Shown here: positions 15,681 to 29,204 of the stretch, piece after piece
Position numbering within the stretch: position 1 is the stretch's first letter
How the letters are laid out: every line of letters begins with the position of its first letter
Source of the DNA: Piromyces finnis finn
Taxonomy: Eukaryota; Fungi; Neocallimastigomycota
Assembly (NCBI GenBank): GCA_002104945.1
Contig: MCFH01000022.1
Coordinates: 744,001 to 808,000 of the forward strand
Length of the DNA stretch: 64,000 nucleotides
Direction: 5' to 3'
Made by a program: the position numbers and the translations under genes
Notes under the pieces: generated by a model
What the model was told of the DNA's origin: nothing
What the model saw: only the letters and a program-made list of their open reading frames with translations
Database searches by the model: none

Positions 15681-17011
15681 TGTTAAATATTGAATATAAT
15701 AGTTTTATGTAAAAAAAAAAATGAAAAAAATTGATAACTTGTAAAATTGTTTCTTCTTTTAACAAGAAGAAATTGTAATTAATTGAATCTTTAAATGTAT
15801 TGCTATTATTGAAGTATAACTATCATGTATTAATTGAAAAAAAAAAAATAATTAAAAAAAATATCTACAATAAAATATATTCAACTTTAGAAAGTTGAAT
15901 TTTATATAATTTATTTAAAAAAAAAAAAAACTATATAAAAATAATTGATTTTCAAAGATAGTTTATAATATAACTATAAAACTATCCTTTAAATCTATTA
16001 TTCTTACAATTTTTTTTCTTTCTTTCCTTCTAAATTATTTATTAAATAAAATATATTAAAAATGAAAAAAAAAAAAAAAAGGAAATTTTTCAAAACTAAT
16101 ATTAATTATTATACATATTTAAAAAAAAAATTTTTCCATAATAATTTTATAATTTTTTATGATTTAAACTTATTTTAATTTAATAATTCAGTATTTATTA
16201 GAAATAACTGTGTGTGGAATATGAGAATATGTAGATCGAGTATTATTTAGAATATTATTAAATTAGTAATTAGTAAAAAAAAAAAAAAAGTTTTTTTTTT
16301 AATTGATTTATTATTCTCTCATTTTATTTAATATAATTATTTGTAATACTGATATTAATTAAATAATGTTTATAATTTATATCCTATTTTTTTTTTATCA
16401 CTTATAAATTTGTTTATTTTAATTTAATATATAAATGTTTAGATAGCAAAAATAAAGAATACAAACATAATAATAAAAAAAAATCGTAAATCGGAGTTTA
16501 ATAAATAATGATTTTTATGTTTATTTTTTTAATTTTAAAAACTTTAATATTTATCCATCCATTTTCAAAAAAAAAAAAAAATTTAATATTAAAATAATTT
16601 TCAAAAATTTTTGAGACAATTCAATAATTAAGAGTTTAATTTTTTATTATACTAAAATAAGTTATTTCTAGTATCTAATAACTTTTTATAAAAAAAAAAG
16701 TATTTATTTTTTTTTAAGTATTATTCGACTTATCCATTTTACGTTTAAAAAAATGTATATATTAATATAAAATATATATATATATATATATATATATGTT
16801 TTTTTATGAATAATAACCTATTTAATAATCTATATATTAACTAAAATATTTATGTACAAATAAATTTCTATAATAATATCTTTAAATATATATATTTTTT
16901 TATATAATTCAAAACTTTTTATTTCTATTTTCTAGTATATAATTATATAATTGGGTATATTTAATATATAAATTTTTAGTTTTTACAAATTGAAAAAAAA
17001 AGGATAAATTT

Positions 17012-20000
17012 CTAAAATTCTTCTTGAGTATCCTTTAAATATTTTTGTATAGCTTCTAATCTTGCATCAATATCAATTTCTTGAGAATCTATGTTGTTTT
17101 AATTTAACATTTTATTAGTTAATATAATTTAACTTGAAAATATTATATTATGAGATTTGTAAATACCATTTATATCATATGAATTCCATTGATTATCTTT
17201 TTCTGTTTCAATATTATTAGTTTCATTATTTTCTTCTTTTAAAATAAAATATACAAAATAGAAAAAAATAAAATAGTCAATATTATTAATTTTTTATATA
17301 TAAATAGCATTATTAATATATAGTTCAATTAAATTTTTTGAAAATATTACCTGTTGGAATTTCTTCAAAATCATTTTCATATACTATTTTTTTTAAAAAA
17401 AAAAAAATAAATAAATAATTGTCTTAATTTATTATTGTTTAATTCTTAAAAATTTAAGTTATTATTTAAAATACTTACAATATTGAGATTCATAATCAAC
17501 AGTATTGTTTTCTTGGGTCGATGGTTCATCATATATATCTTTAGTCTTTTTAATTATTACTCTTTCAGTAGATTTACTTTTTACTTTATTAGGGATTTTT
17601 CTTACAGAAATTGTACTTTTATTAATATTTTTTATTTTATTCGCTTGGCTTGAGACCTTCGAGCTAGCATACTTTTTAGGAGCACTAGAATACGATAAAT
17701 TCGTTGTACTCATTTTTCTACTATTTATGGATGGATCTCTACTATATTTTACGCTTGAAAGAGATGAATTTCGAGATTTTGTCACCTTTGATGTCGATCT
17801 CTTTTTACTTGGTTTTACCGTATGTTGTGATGATGTATATGATATTTTCGATAATGAATTATTTCTAGAACTTTTTGTTACATTATTTCTTACCGTTGAG
17901 GAACTTCTATCATACTTTGAGCGATATGATTTTGGATCTGAAATTGAATTCTTTTTGGATATGGAATTACGATCAATTGATTTAGATCTTGATGAATATA
18001 GTGAATTTGAACTATTATTGTATTTACTATTTTTCTTACTTAAACTTCTCGTTGATGATGCATTTGATGTTAATCCTAACGAATTATTCCTTGAATATTT
18101 TGACTTTATTGAAAGTTCACGACTATAAATATTAATCGGTTGTTAAATGTTAAATATATGAATAAATATAATTACTATTATATCCGATATTTCATATATA
18201 TATATAATATCAAAAATATAGTTTACCTTCTTGCTCTTCTTTCTTCTAACTTTTGTTCTCTTTCTCTTACATATCTATATTTTATTTATAAATATAATAT
18301 ATATATTAATATATTAAAGAGATTTTGAAGATAATTTCATATTAATTTATATATTTACGCTGTTGGATCAAAACGTTTAAATGACGATACAGAACTAGTT
18401 CTACTGGTATTTCCTATACCAATATTAATATAAATATATTTTGAATATAAATCGGAAAATTAATAGCATTTTAAAAGAATTTTTTTATATAATTACTTTT
18501 GGTTTTTGATTTTTCTCTAGTCATATATGAAGGTTTTAATGGTCTTGATTTTATTATATTATAACCAGAAGACTTTACTTCTCTAAAAGAAGAATTATAA
18601 AGAGATTATTATATTAGCAAATGAACACCTTTGACTATTAAAGTAAACATTTATAGAATTACTTTTTAATTGAAGATATAGATGATGATCTTTGTTTTGA
18701 TATTGAAGATGATGAATTCTTTTTTGGCAAACTTTGTTGTCTACTTTGTAAAATTTTAATTTTACTTTTTAAACTATCAATTTGCTCATCTTTTGTTATT
18801 AATTTGTCTTCTAAATTTTTTTTATCATTTTCATATTTTGACTTTTTTATACATATAAATAGTATGTAAAATAGAATTATTAATATTTTTAATTTACTTA
18901 AATTTATTAATTGAAATATGAAGTTTTTTTTAATATGTTACATACAAACGCTTGTAATATATATTTTTGTAATGTTAATAGTTTGTCATTAACAATAGAT
19001 TGCATTCTTCTCTGTTTATATAATTTTATTATTGTTTCAAATTCTTTTTTAACAAAATGTGTAATACGATTCATTTTAATTTCGACTTTTTCATCATTAT
19101 CATCATTATTCATCATGATCATTGAATTTTCATGTCTAAATAAGTTTTATTTCATATATATTTTTACAATTATTATCTTGCAATTTATTTAGAAATATAA
19201 TTTGAATAATTTAAAAATATATAATGTTCATACGCCAAATCTTGTAATTGTTTCATTTCATATTTAAGTTTATCATTTTCTCGAAGAAGCTTTATCAAAA
19301 AAAATTATTATAATATATTTAATTATAGTTCTAAAATATTCTTTATATAATTATTTAATATATAAAAAAAATAGTTAACCTTTGAAATTTCACTAATATT
19401 ATTTTCTTTTTCGTCTTTCAGTAATTCAATTTCTCTTTGCAATTTTTCAATTAATGAAATACTACTGACATCTTCATCGAAACCTTGAAATGTTAATGGT
19501 AATGGATAATGAACTCTAAGTATATATATATATTAAGTAATGGTTCCATTAATTATTCAAAAAAAAACTATTTTTTTTTATCAATTATCCTTTAGTAATA
19601 CCTATCAAATGCTGCTGAATATGTTAAAATTAAAAATAATTTATTTTTTGATAACTTATTACTTTCAGTAGTATCAACTCTTCCATCATCACCTCTATTT
19701 TCTCTTAATTTTTTTACATCATTTAATGTTAATAAATCAAGTGTCACAGTTTTCGAACTCTATTTAAACAAAATATATATATATATATTATATAAATTTT
19801 AAAGATTATTTCCTCATATAGATATAATTGACATATTAATAAATAGTTATTAACCATTTTAATTGCAGAGAAAAGCATTTCTACAAATACAGAAAATTTC
19901 TTAAAGTTTCCTGTTTTCTTTGTAATTTCTTCAACATCTTTAATATACGTAATTAAATATTAAAAAAAATAGATATATTTTTATATAAATAGCCTTTTAA

Positions 20001-20263
20001 TAACCTGATGATATATTTAAAGAAACAATCAAAATATTAAGAAATATTTAAATATATGATAAATAATATTTACAGTTATTAGTATATTTTCCTTTCCATA
20101 TTTCATTGGTAGATTCTTTTTTGATACTAATAACTAATGATTCCTTTGAAGATATCCCAACATCTTTTGACAGTAATGCATATGCATTCAAAATATATTC
20201 TTCATTTTTAAAAGTTATTAAAACTTTTTCGCTTAAATCAAATATATCCTCTTCTTGTATCAT
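17012..20263 (-). CDS. CCDC61: CCDC61/VFL3 centriole/basal-body coiled-coil protein (SAS-6/XRCC4-like head), multi-exon
   Basis: Spliced exons read YIEEITKKTGNFKKFSVFVEMLFSAIK, SSKTVTLDLLTLNDVKKLR, LFLILTYSAAFDR|VHYPLPL and C-terminal EIDIDARLEAIQKYL (stop 17012-17014). These match the human CCDC61 motifs as I recall them: FIEDLTHKTGNFKQF, SSESVTLDLLTY, LILIYSVEFDRIHYPLPL and EIDARLKALQEY. The middle is a Ser/Arg/Lys-rich low-complexity region. Confidence 0.88.
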
Positions 20264-20950
20264 ATGTATAATAATATTTCAAATAAATTCTATTAATGAA
20301 ATAAATTTTCAACAACAAAATATTTCAAAATTGTTTAATTGTAATGTTCTATTTATCAGATATTGTTTATTATTTGATTTTTCTTTTTTTTTTTTTTTTT
20401 TTACAAAATATAAAAATTTTTACTATTTCAAAAATATCGGTTTAAATTGAAATTTTAGTTGAAATTTGAATTGAAAAAAAAAATTTTTTTCAATACTTTA
20501 ATAAAATACAATACTTTCTTATGAAAAAATAATAAAAACTTTGTGATTAATATTGCTTTTAAATTATTAATAATAATTAAATGTTAATTATTATTATTAA
20601 GAGAGTTTATTATTTCATTCAATTTGTAATTTATTTTCCCAAGATAGTTTCCTTGTAATTAGTAAATTATTCGCAAAAATTTTTTGATATTTTTTTTCCT
20701 TTTACTTTTCATTTTTTTTTTTTGTTGTTTTTTTTTTTTTAATTTTTTTAATTTTTAAAAATATATTTATGAAATACAATTTATATTTAATATATAATAT
20801 CATGTATAACAAAAAACTTTATTTACTAAGTATCCAAATAATAAAAAAAAACATATTATATACTTTAAAAAAAACTTTAAAATTCAATAATCTGTATTTG
20901 AATAAAAATTATGGATTATTTTTATAAATTTATTATTATATAATAATTTA

Positions 20951-21067
20951 CACGTGACCCATAGTTAAGGTGTATTTTACACCTAACCTGATAAACTAAT
21001 AAATTTAGATTTTAAAATTGTTAGAACATTAGGGGGCGGTTGACACGTGATCAAATTGACTATAAGA
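20951..21067. promoter_or_regulatory. Candidate regulatory cluster: two CACGTG E-boxes, a GGGGCGG GC-box, a TATA-like TATAAGA and an AGGTGTA-TTT-TACACCT palindrome
   Basis: CACGTG at about 20951 and 21045, GGGGCGG at about 21033 and TATAAGA at 21061. These motifs are rare in this AT background. Function is inferred only. Confidence 0.25.
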
Positions 21068-21289
21068 GGCTTAGCATTGTAGTTGTGAAATATCGTACAA
21101 CGACATGCATCTAATGTACATGGATTAAGTGAGCGTCGAAGCTGAAGAAACAGTATGACAGACCAGGAGGGTCACAACCACCTAGCAATAGGAATGAGCC
21201 AACGTTTCTCTAAGAACCACCATTGGAGCTAACTCTGATCGATGGGAGAAATGCACTCGGAAGTTAAAAAAAAAAATTAAAATTGTTAG
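21012..21289 (+). mobile_element. SINE-like or retroposed structured RNA element: ~250 bp, GC-enriched, A11 tail, 13-bp flanking direct repeats
   Basis: TTAAAATTGTTAG occurs at 21012-21024 and 21277-21289, with an A-run just before the second copy. Internal hairpins: GACC-AGGAG-GGTC, CCTA-GCAA-TAGG and ATTGGAG-CTAA-CTCTGAT. Confidence 0.45.
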
Positions 21290-23813
21290 GGTTTGAACAA
21301 TTTCTTTTTTTTTTACATAATCAATATAAATTTTTATTTCTTTTTTTTATACTAAATGTATTATATTCCTTTTTTAAAAAATTATTACTATAAAAAAAAA
21401 TTTTAATTACTCTAAAAGATCATTATAATTACATGATAACTTATATCTTTTCTTTGAAGCTTTTTTTTTTTATGCTGTATATTAACTAAAATGATTTTTT
21501 ATATTCATCTATAAAAATATAAACTATTATAAAAAGCATGAGCATTTATAAATATTAAAAATACAATATTTAAATAAATTTTGTAAAAATCTGTGAATAG
21601 AAATAAACAGACTTTATGAAATTAAACTGATTATTAGAAAATATCGATAATTCTTTTTAAACACAATATATAATGTAATTAATTCTAATTTTAATTTGAT
21701 TTCTTTTTAAAAAAAAAATTGATTTTATAGGAATGATAGCATTCCAATTTTAAATTGATATTTTTCTAAATGTGTAACAAAATGGTCAACTCATTTTATA
21801 TCATTATAGAATCAAACACTCATCTATCTAAAAGGTTAAACTTTATTTCAATTGGTAACATATTATTTATTATTTTAAATAAAAAGATTAATTGTAATAT
21901 CTTTATAAATTAATTTTAATATGTCTACTAAAATTAATTATAACCTTTTATGGATAAATTATAAGAGATTATTTTTTTTTCTTTTTATTAAATAATTTCT
22001 TTTTTTTAATTATAAATATTAATAGTAATGGCTACTCTTACTAATATATAATGAGGATAAAAACAGAAATATATTATAACATATTGCATATATGTATTAT
22101 TAACCAACCATAATTTGAATAATTAATATATTACTACTGCATTTAAAAGAATTACTTTTTTGTACTGTACTTTTTACTGTTTTTTTCCAGACTTGAAAAT
22201 ATATCACGTGAAATGATATTATATGTCAAGTATTGAAAAAGTTACATTTTGTGTATATCTTTTTTAATACACTACTTTTTTTTAACATATAAAATAGAAA
22301 TAATAATATTGTAATATGTTTTATCCTTTAAAGTTTATCGATGGAACTATCTTTTAGTATTAATATTTATTATCAATTGATTCTTATCCTTATTATTATT
22401 TATGAAACTCTAAATAATATATTTTAATATTAATTATTTGGAACATTTATCTACTAATATATCTATTTTATTTTTATATTATATTATTAACTTTTTTTTT
22501 GTTCTAATATAAATATTGAATTGATATTACCTTTGTTCTCATTAAACCCTTATTAAATATTAAATTAGACATACAGATTCGGTAGAGTAATTAATAAAAA
22601 TTATAATTTTTCAAATTTTATTTTATATTATTTTAGCCTACCAAAAGAACTAATTAATTTTTCTTTAAATTTAATTATTATTCATTTTAAATTTAAATAT
22701 TAATTAAATTATTAGTTTTAAAAAAAAAAAGGTAAAAAAAAAAAAAACTATTAGATTACTTTATGAAAAATATATTATTGTATATATTGTATTATACTGA
22801 AATATGTTTATTCAAAAAAAGAAGAATATTTTTTCTTTCATTCAAAATAAAAAAAATTAAAAGGATGGCAAATAAAGTATAGATTGCCTTTTTTTTAAAA
22901 AAAAAGTTTTGTATTAAAAAAGAAAATAAAGTAATAAAATAAAAAAGAAAGTATATATATATATATTGAATATATATATATAAAGAATAAAATCAAATAA
23001 TACATATATACATGAATAATAAAAAAAAAAAAAAGAGTTTTATAATTTTTACAATTTAAAAAAAGTATGACTTTTAATTTTTAACTTTTACATATATTAT
23101 ATTTAATTAATATAAAACTCAATTATAAATTTTATAGTAATAAACTTTATTTTTTTTTAATTAATATAAAAAAAAAAGATAATATTTTAATTTGGAAATT
23201 TTTATATTAATTATTATTCAATAAAAATTAACCATTTTATTTCATTAACTTTACCTGTGTTATTCATACCCTTTTTAATATCATTATTATTAATATTTTT
23301 TTATAAGTTTTTAGTTTTTTATCTTTTTTTAACGCTGAGTTTTGTGTTTTCAAATTTTGTTTTTAAAATACTTTTTCATCCTATTGTTAAATTATCCATT
23401 TTTATTTTTTTTTTAAAAAAAAAGAATTTTAAATTACATATTAAAAGAATCAAAACTATTTTACTATATTATAATGAAATACAATTAAACTAATAGTTAA
23501 AGAAAAGGACCAATAACAAAAAGATATATAAAGAAAAAAACTGAAAGCAATAACCTTTATAAAGAAATATAAATTAATAAGGAATAAGAAAATACTATAC
23601 TATTAGAATAATAGAATTTATACAAATTGCAAAAAGAGGTAATTGTTCACTTTTTTTTTTAGTATTTTAAATTACAATAATAGTATATAATAAATAACTT
23701 GAGAATATTATATAATAGAATATACAATAATATTATATAAAGTAATATTTAAATATATTATTAATTACTATATATTTATTAATATATAAATAGAATTTTA
23801 ATAGTGTAAAAAA

Positions 23814-26287
23814 ATGTTATTATCACTTTGTACAGGTAAAAAATATTTGAAAAATAAACACAAATATCATAATGAGGTAGAGGATGATTTTGACGAAGAA
23901 AGTATGGCACAAGTTATATTTCAACAAAAATATATTGACTTACCAGCTCATCCCCAATTTGATAATGAACTAGAAAATAAAAATAAGACAAAGGGTATTA
24001 CTATCTATGTAGGTGGCCAATTAACACCTGCCATTCCACCAAATCTTAATTATTCTAATAGAAATAGTGGTGACATGAATTTCTGTCAAGAATCTTATGA
24101 TTTTGATAATGCTGCTATTAATGATGAAGCACCACCAATCAAACCACGTAATGAGAGTTGTGGACAAAAAATTTTAGATAATTTATCGCCTACTTCAGTA
24201 GGTGAAGATAGAAAAAGTATCATATCTCACAGACGTTATTCATCTCAAATAAATAGACTTTCTAATTCTTCATCTTCTTCTTATTCACATCATCAAGATT
24301 ATAGCCGTCGTTATTCAGCAGGACCAGATAATTCATTTTATGGTAAAGCTACAGAACAGGATTATTATAATAATAACTATGATAATGATATAATTGAAAT
24401 GAATAATACTTCATACAAACCTAATAACAATGAAGATATTAGCCAAAGTATTCTTAGAAGACACGAAAATCAAAATTTAACATCAATAATGGAAGAAAAT
24501 ATAAATGAAAATAATGTTAATTCACATGATGTACCATATGATATGTCTAATATGAAAATTTCAGTTAATGAAATAAATGAAAATATTAATAATAATGATA
24601 ATGACTATTCAGAAAGAAGAGAAAATTCTTCTTCTTCTTCTTCTACTTCAACCTCTTCTTCAAAAGAGTCATCATCAAAAACATACGATTCTAATAAATA
24701 TTCATCATCTGGATCAGTGACAGAAGAATCGGGTACAACTCAGTCTGTAACTGAAACGTCTGATACGGAAATTTCTGAAATGCTTTCTAAATACAGTAAA
24801 ACTATGAATAATAATGATTATAATACTAATAGTGGTTTAAATAATGATACAACCTTAAAGGATATGCCCAATCCAATAAATAAAATTAATAATGAAGAAA
24901 TACCGACTTTAAATAATAAAGATAATGATACCATAGAAAATGATATAGATACAATGAATTCAATGGAAAAACTTAAATATATTGAATATTCCTATGACAG
25001 ATTTATGGGTAATGCTCTTCCATCAGTAGCTACTAATAAAGAAGATTATACTAATCAACCAAATACAAAAATTACCGAAAATTTAAATGAATATTCTTTA
25101 CAAGATGAATCCTCACTATTTGATGAAGCCCCAAGAGAAATTAAAGCAACCTATCCAATTCCATCCCCAAAAAAGAAAATAAAATTATTAATATTTGGAA
25201 CAAGAGATTCCTGGTATATTCAGTATGAGAATGGTGAAGAAGCATGGAATAATATTCCAACTTTTTTACAATGGAGATTAGAGGTATTTTTAATATAAAA
25301 CAAATTAAAATAATTATATAAATGTATATTTGTATATATTCATTGGAATGGTTAATGTATAATATATAGGTACAAAAAAAAATATATCCAAACGTTTTGG
25401 TTACATGGCTTTCAATGAGTAGTGATGGTTGGTGTTGGTTTGTACGATTTGCTGATGGATCAATTGCATGGCGTACTACAATTGTATCCTTACATTTACT
25501 ATTAGAAAAACATCATACCAATGGAACTGTATCTAAAGTAATCTTTTGTCGAAATAATAGATGGGTTGTTATCTTTTGTGATGGACAAGTAGCTTATAAT
25601 GAAATACCATATTCATTGGAATATGAATTGAAGAAATACCCTCATCACATTCAAGATGTTACAATTTCTGGAAGAAAGGAATGGATAATTAAAAGGAGTG
25701 TTGTCATTAACGAAGACTATGACAATAGAGAACATCAAAAATCCTATTCAGTTCTAAGAAATGGATACTATACTTGGAGTAGTGGATTATCTTCATTTTT
25801 ACAAGATAATTTAATTCATAGAAATAAAAATATAAAAAATATTATATTATGTTCTGGTACCAGTAAATCTTACTTCCTCCAATACAATAATTATCATTCA
25901 GCCTTCCGTCATCATATGACTCTTACAAATGAAATTAACAATTTTAAAGAAGGAAGAAAACCTTATCTTAATCCATATAGTATTCGATTTTCAACTCATA
26001 CTGTATCCGTTCATATTAAAACAGATACTAATGTTAGAGATCTAGTTCGTGGTGTTAAGAGTAAATCTATATCGTTCGATCAACTTCCTGTATTAAGAGT
26101 TATCCAAGATCCAAGAGATGGTCGTTGGTGGGCATTGGATAATTATTGGCTTTGGGTATTAAAAGAAGCGGGTATAAGAAGAGTATCAGTTGAGATACTT
26201 CCATGGACTCGAGAATTCTTGAAAAGAGTTCGTGGTAAATGGGATGTTACTGTTATTAATGAAGATTATAATTCTTATGATTATTAA
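23814..26287 (+). CDS. Uncharacterised protein: disordered Asn/Ser-rich N-terminus, about 5 W-rich ~38-aa repeats, C-terminal ParB/sulfiredoxin-like domain
   Basis: Two ORFs join in frame across a GT-AG intron at 25284-25369 (…WRLE|VQKKIYPNVLVTWLS…). The C-terminus reads LNPYSIRFS…LPVLRV…GRWWALDNYWLWVLKEAGIRRVSVEI. Confidence 0.8.
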
Positions 26288-26987
26288 CAATAATAATAAT
26301 ATTTTTTTTTTTTTAAAAAAAAAAAAAAAGCGGCCTAATTATTATTATAATTTAATTATTTACTTTTCAACTTCCTTCATTATTTTTATTCATTAATATT
26401 ATCTAATTGTCTATTATCATTTTTATTAAAACTCGATATATTATACTAATTATCATTTATCATGTTTCATATAACTTTAAAATTTTGATGTTAAAATATA
26501 TATATATATTACTATTACTATTATGTTTATATATATCAAGTTTTTTTTTTTTTTTTTATAAAAAAAAAATATTATTCTATATAACTTTCACTACGAACAA
26601 ATAATAATTTTATTACCCTTTTTAAATATAAATATATGCAATTCAAATATATAATTTAACATTTATAAACATATTTCTATGTTCAATCTTTGTATAATAA
26701 TTATTTTGATTTTGATTTTTCTCTTCTTTATTAAGATTATTATTATTATTATTATTATTAAAGAAAATAAATTGTACATTCGTTTATCCATTTTATTAAT
26801 TTCACATATTAATTTTATTTACTTTTTTTAATATTTTGACATTTATATGTGAATTTAATTTATAAATTTAATTTAACTTTATACAAAAATATATCAATCA
26901 TTATTAATATAATGAATTAATTATTAGCCCATTTCAATCATTCTACATATTACGTTATATTTATTTATTATTGTTGTTATTTGTGAA

Positions 26988-27994
26988 TTATTCAGCTTTT
27001 AATCCTTTTAAAGTCATTTGTTCTAAAACTTGTTTTAAAACAATGTTACTATCCTGAATATTCTCATCAATTTTGAAAAACTTTATATTAAAAACATGAA
27101 AGAAAAAAAAAATAGTTATTATCTATTATACCTACTTTAAATTAAATTTTAAATTATTACCTTTTTTATTTTTTCTAAATCGGTATAGGCTGAAAGTTCA
27201 CTTAAATGAATTTCATCCCCTTCAATAAATGAATTAACTTCTTCATTTATCTTTTTTATTGTATTACAAATTAATTTTAAAAATATTTAATTGTCATTTT
27301 TTCATTTTTTTATTTTCTTGTTTTTATTAAATAATGATAATAATAATAAATACCTCCATAGCTTTTACATCATCATTACAAATTATAATTACTAAAGCAG
27401 CATCGCAATCTTTAGAAATTCCAAAAACATTATTTGCTTCATTTATCTTTTTTATATATTTAAAATTAATTTATCAATATGTTAAATATTCTTCAATATA
27501 TATATTATTTTTTTATAACAGTTATTTTCATAATTTTAGCAAGAAAACATATTTTTTTAAAAAAAAAAAAAAAATTACTTTGGTATTTGGTGATAATGAA
27601 AAAATGATTTCTGAATTAACATTATTGGTTTTTAATTTTCCTTGACTTTCTAATAATGTAGCTTTTGATGCTGCAGCTAATACTTGAAATACATCAATAA
27701 TCTTTAAAATATATATTTCCATAAAAAAATATATATATTAAATATATTATATTAAATATATAGATTTCTTTTAATAATTAATCTTTTAAAAAAAAAAAAA
27801 AAAAGAAATTTCTTTTATTATACCATATGAGCATTAATAACAGCACAATTTGGTACTTTTTCATCGTTAGCTGTTATCATTTCTTGAAGTTCTTTCTGAT
27901 TTTTTAAATTATTATATAATGAAATGTAAGCATTGGGTAAAAAATATATACCATTATCTGGTTTGATAATTTCTGGAAGTTCAAATTGCTTCAT
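26988..27994 (-). CDS. CGI121: KEOPS/EKC complex subunit Cgi121 (TPRKB), multi-exon
   Basis: Spliced translation includes DVFQVLAAASKATLLESQGKLKTNNVNSEIIFSLSPN and FGISKDCDAALVII, matching TPRKB DPFQILVAANKAVHL…KMKTRTLSTEIIFNLSPN…FGIS. ATG at 27994, stop at 26988. Confidence 0.9.
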
Positions 27995-29204
27995 TTTTAA
28001 AATATTATTAATTTTTTAGAAAAAAATTTTTTTTTTTTGAATTTTCCAAAATATATAATTTCTAATGTATAATGTATTACAAATACATTATGCAATGATG
28101 AATGTATTTGTATTAATGTAATATGGATAATTCAACAAAACAATTTATTTATTATAAAATCTTTAATTAAAAATTTATATTATTATTATTTACCTATTTA
28201 ATTAATAAATTGTTATTAATTTCTTATTTATTATTAAAATTTTAAATTTATTTAATTTTAAAATATTAATAATAATAATATTTCTTTTTTTTTTTATTAT
28301 TATTATATATTTATATAATTTTTTTATTTTCTTTTTTTCTTATTATTAATTAAATTATTAATCCATTAATTAATTATAAAAAGAAGAAAAAGGTATATTA
28401 TATATGAGTATATAATAGTGTTATTATGTAAAAATAACTACTTTATAAAATAATTAAAATTAAAAATCTTTTTGAATTGATCACAAAAAGCAAAACATAT
28501 TAAAAAGTTTAAATAATAATTACCTATAACAATCGTTTTACACACATTATCATTGAAAAAGAAAAGAAAACTTATTTAATATCATATATTATCCATTTTA
28601 AATTTATTGTTTTCAATAAGTAAAAAAAAGAAAAAAAAAAAAGGAAAATTATTTTAACTATAAAATAGAATACATTGTTTAAATAATTCTAACATAATCT
28701 TTTTTAAAAAAATTCAAAGATTTGAAATGTTGAAAAGAAAATTAAAAAACTTTATAAACTCTATAGATTTAATGATTTATATATACTATGTGAATACTAA
28801 ACTTTTTACTTTTTTATATATACATATATACGTATCTTTATTATCTTTATATTCTCTGTATGAAAATTAAATAAAATAAAACTGGAATAATAAATTATGT
28901 GAATATTTTAAATAAAATGTCTTATTTTCCAAAATAAAAAAAAACTCACATGAAAAAATATAAATGATTATTTTTTTTTTCAAATAAATGACAAAACACA
29001 CGAACCTTTTTAATGTACTACAAATTCTTTCATGACATATATATCAACTTATAATCTTACTTCACAAAAATCTCATAAAAAAAAAAAAAAAAAAAAAATC
29101 TATCAAATGAATCAATATACCTTATATGAAATAAACAACATATTACAATGGTTTAAATAGATTCCTTTATTTTTTTTATTTTTATTATTGTTTTATAAGA
29201 AATA

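Noticed and set aside
17505-18128. 207-aa hydrophobic plus-strand ORF that looks like a membrane protein
   Set aside because: It is the antisense reading of the Ser/Arg/Lys-rich CCDC61 exon; the L/F/E/D bias is the expected mirror image.
21190-21235. ACGTTGGCTCATTC on the minus strand resembles RNase MRP CR-V
   Set aside because: The matching CR-I-like strand is only about 20 nt away and the order and spacing do not fit MRP architecture.
21284-21292. AACCCTAAC on the minus strand (1.5 TTAGGG repeats), suggesting a telomerase RNA template; GAG-TTAG-CTC resembles P6.1
   Set aside because: It overlaps the direct repeat, there is no room for a pseudoknot between the template and the P6.1-like hairpin, and the G-U pairs favour the plus strand. 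A 9-mer is weak evidence.
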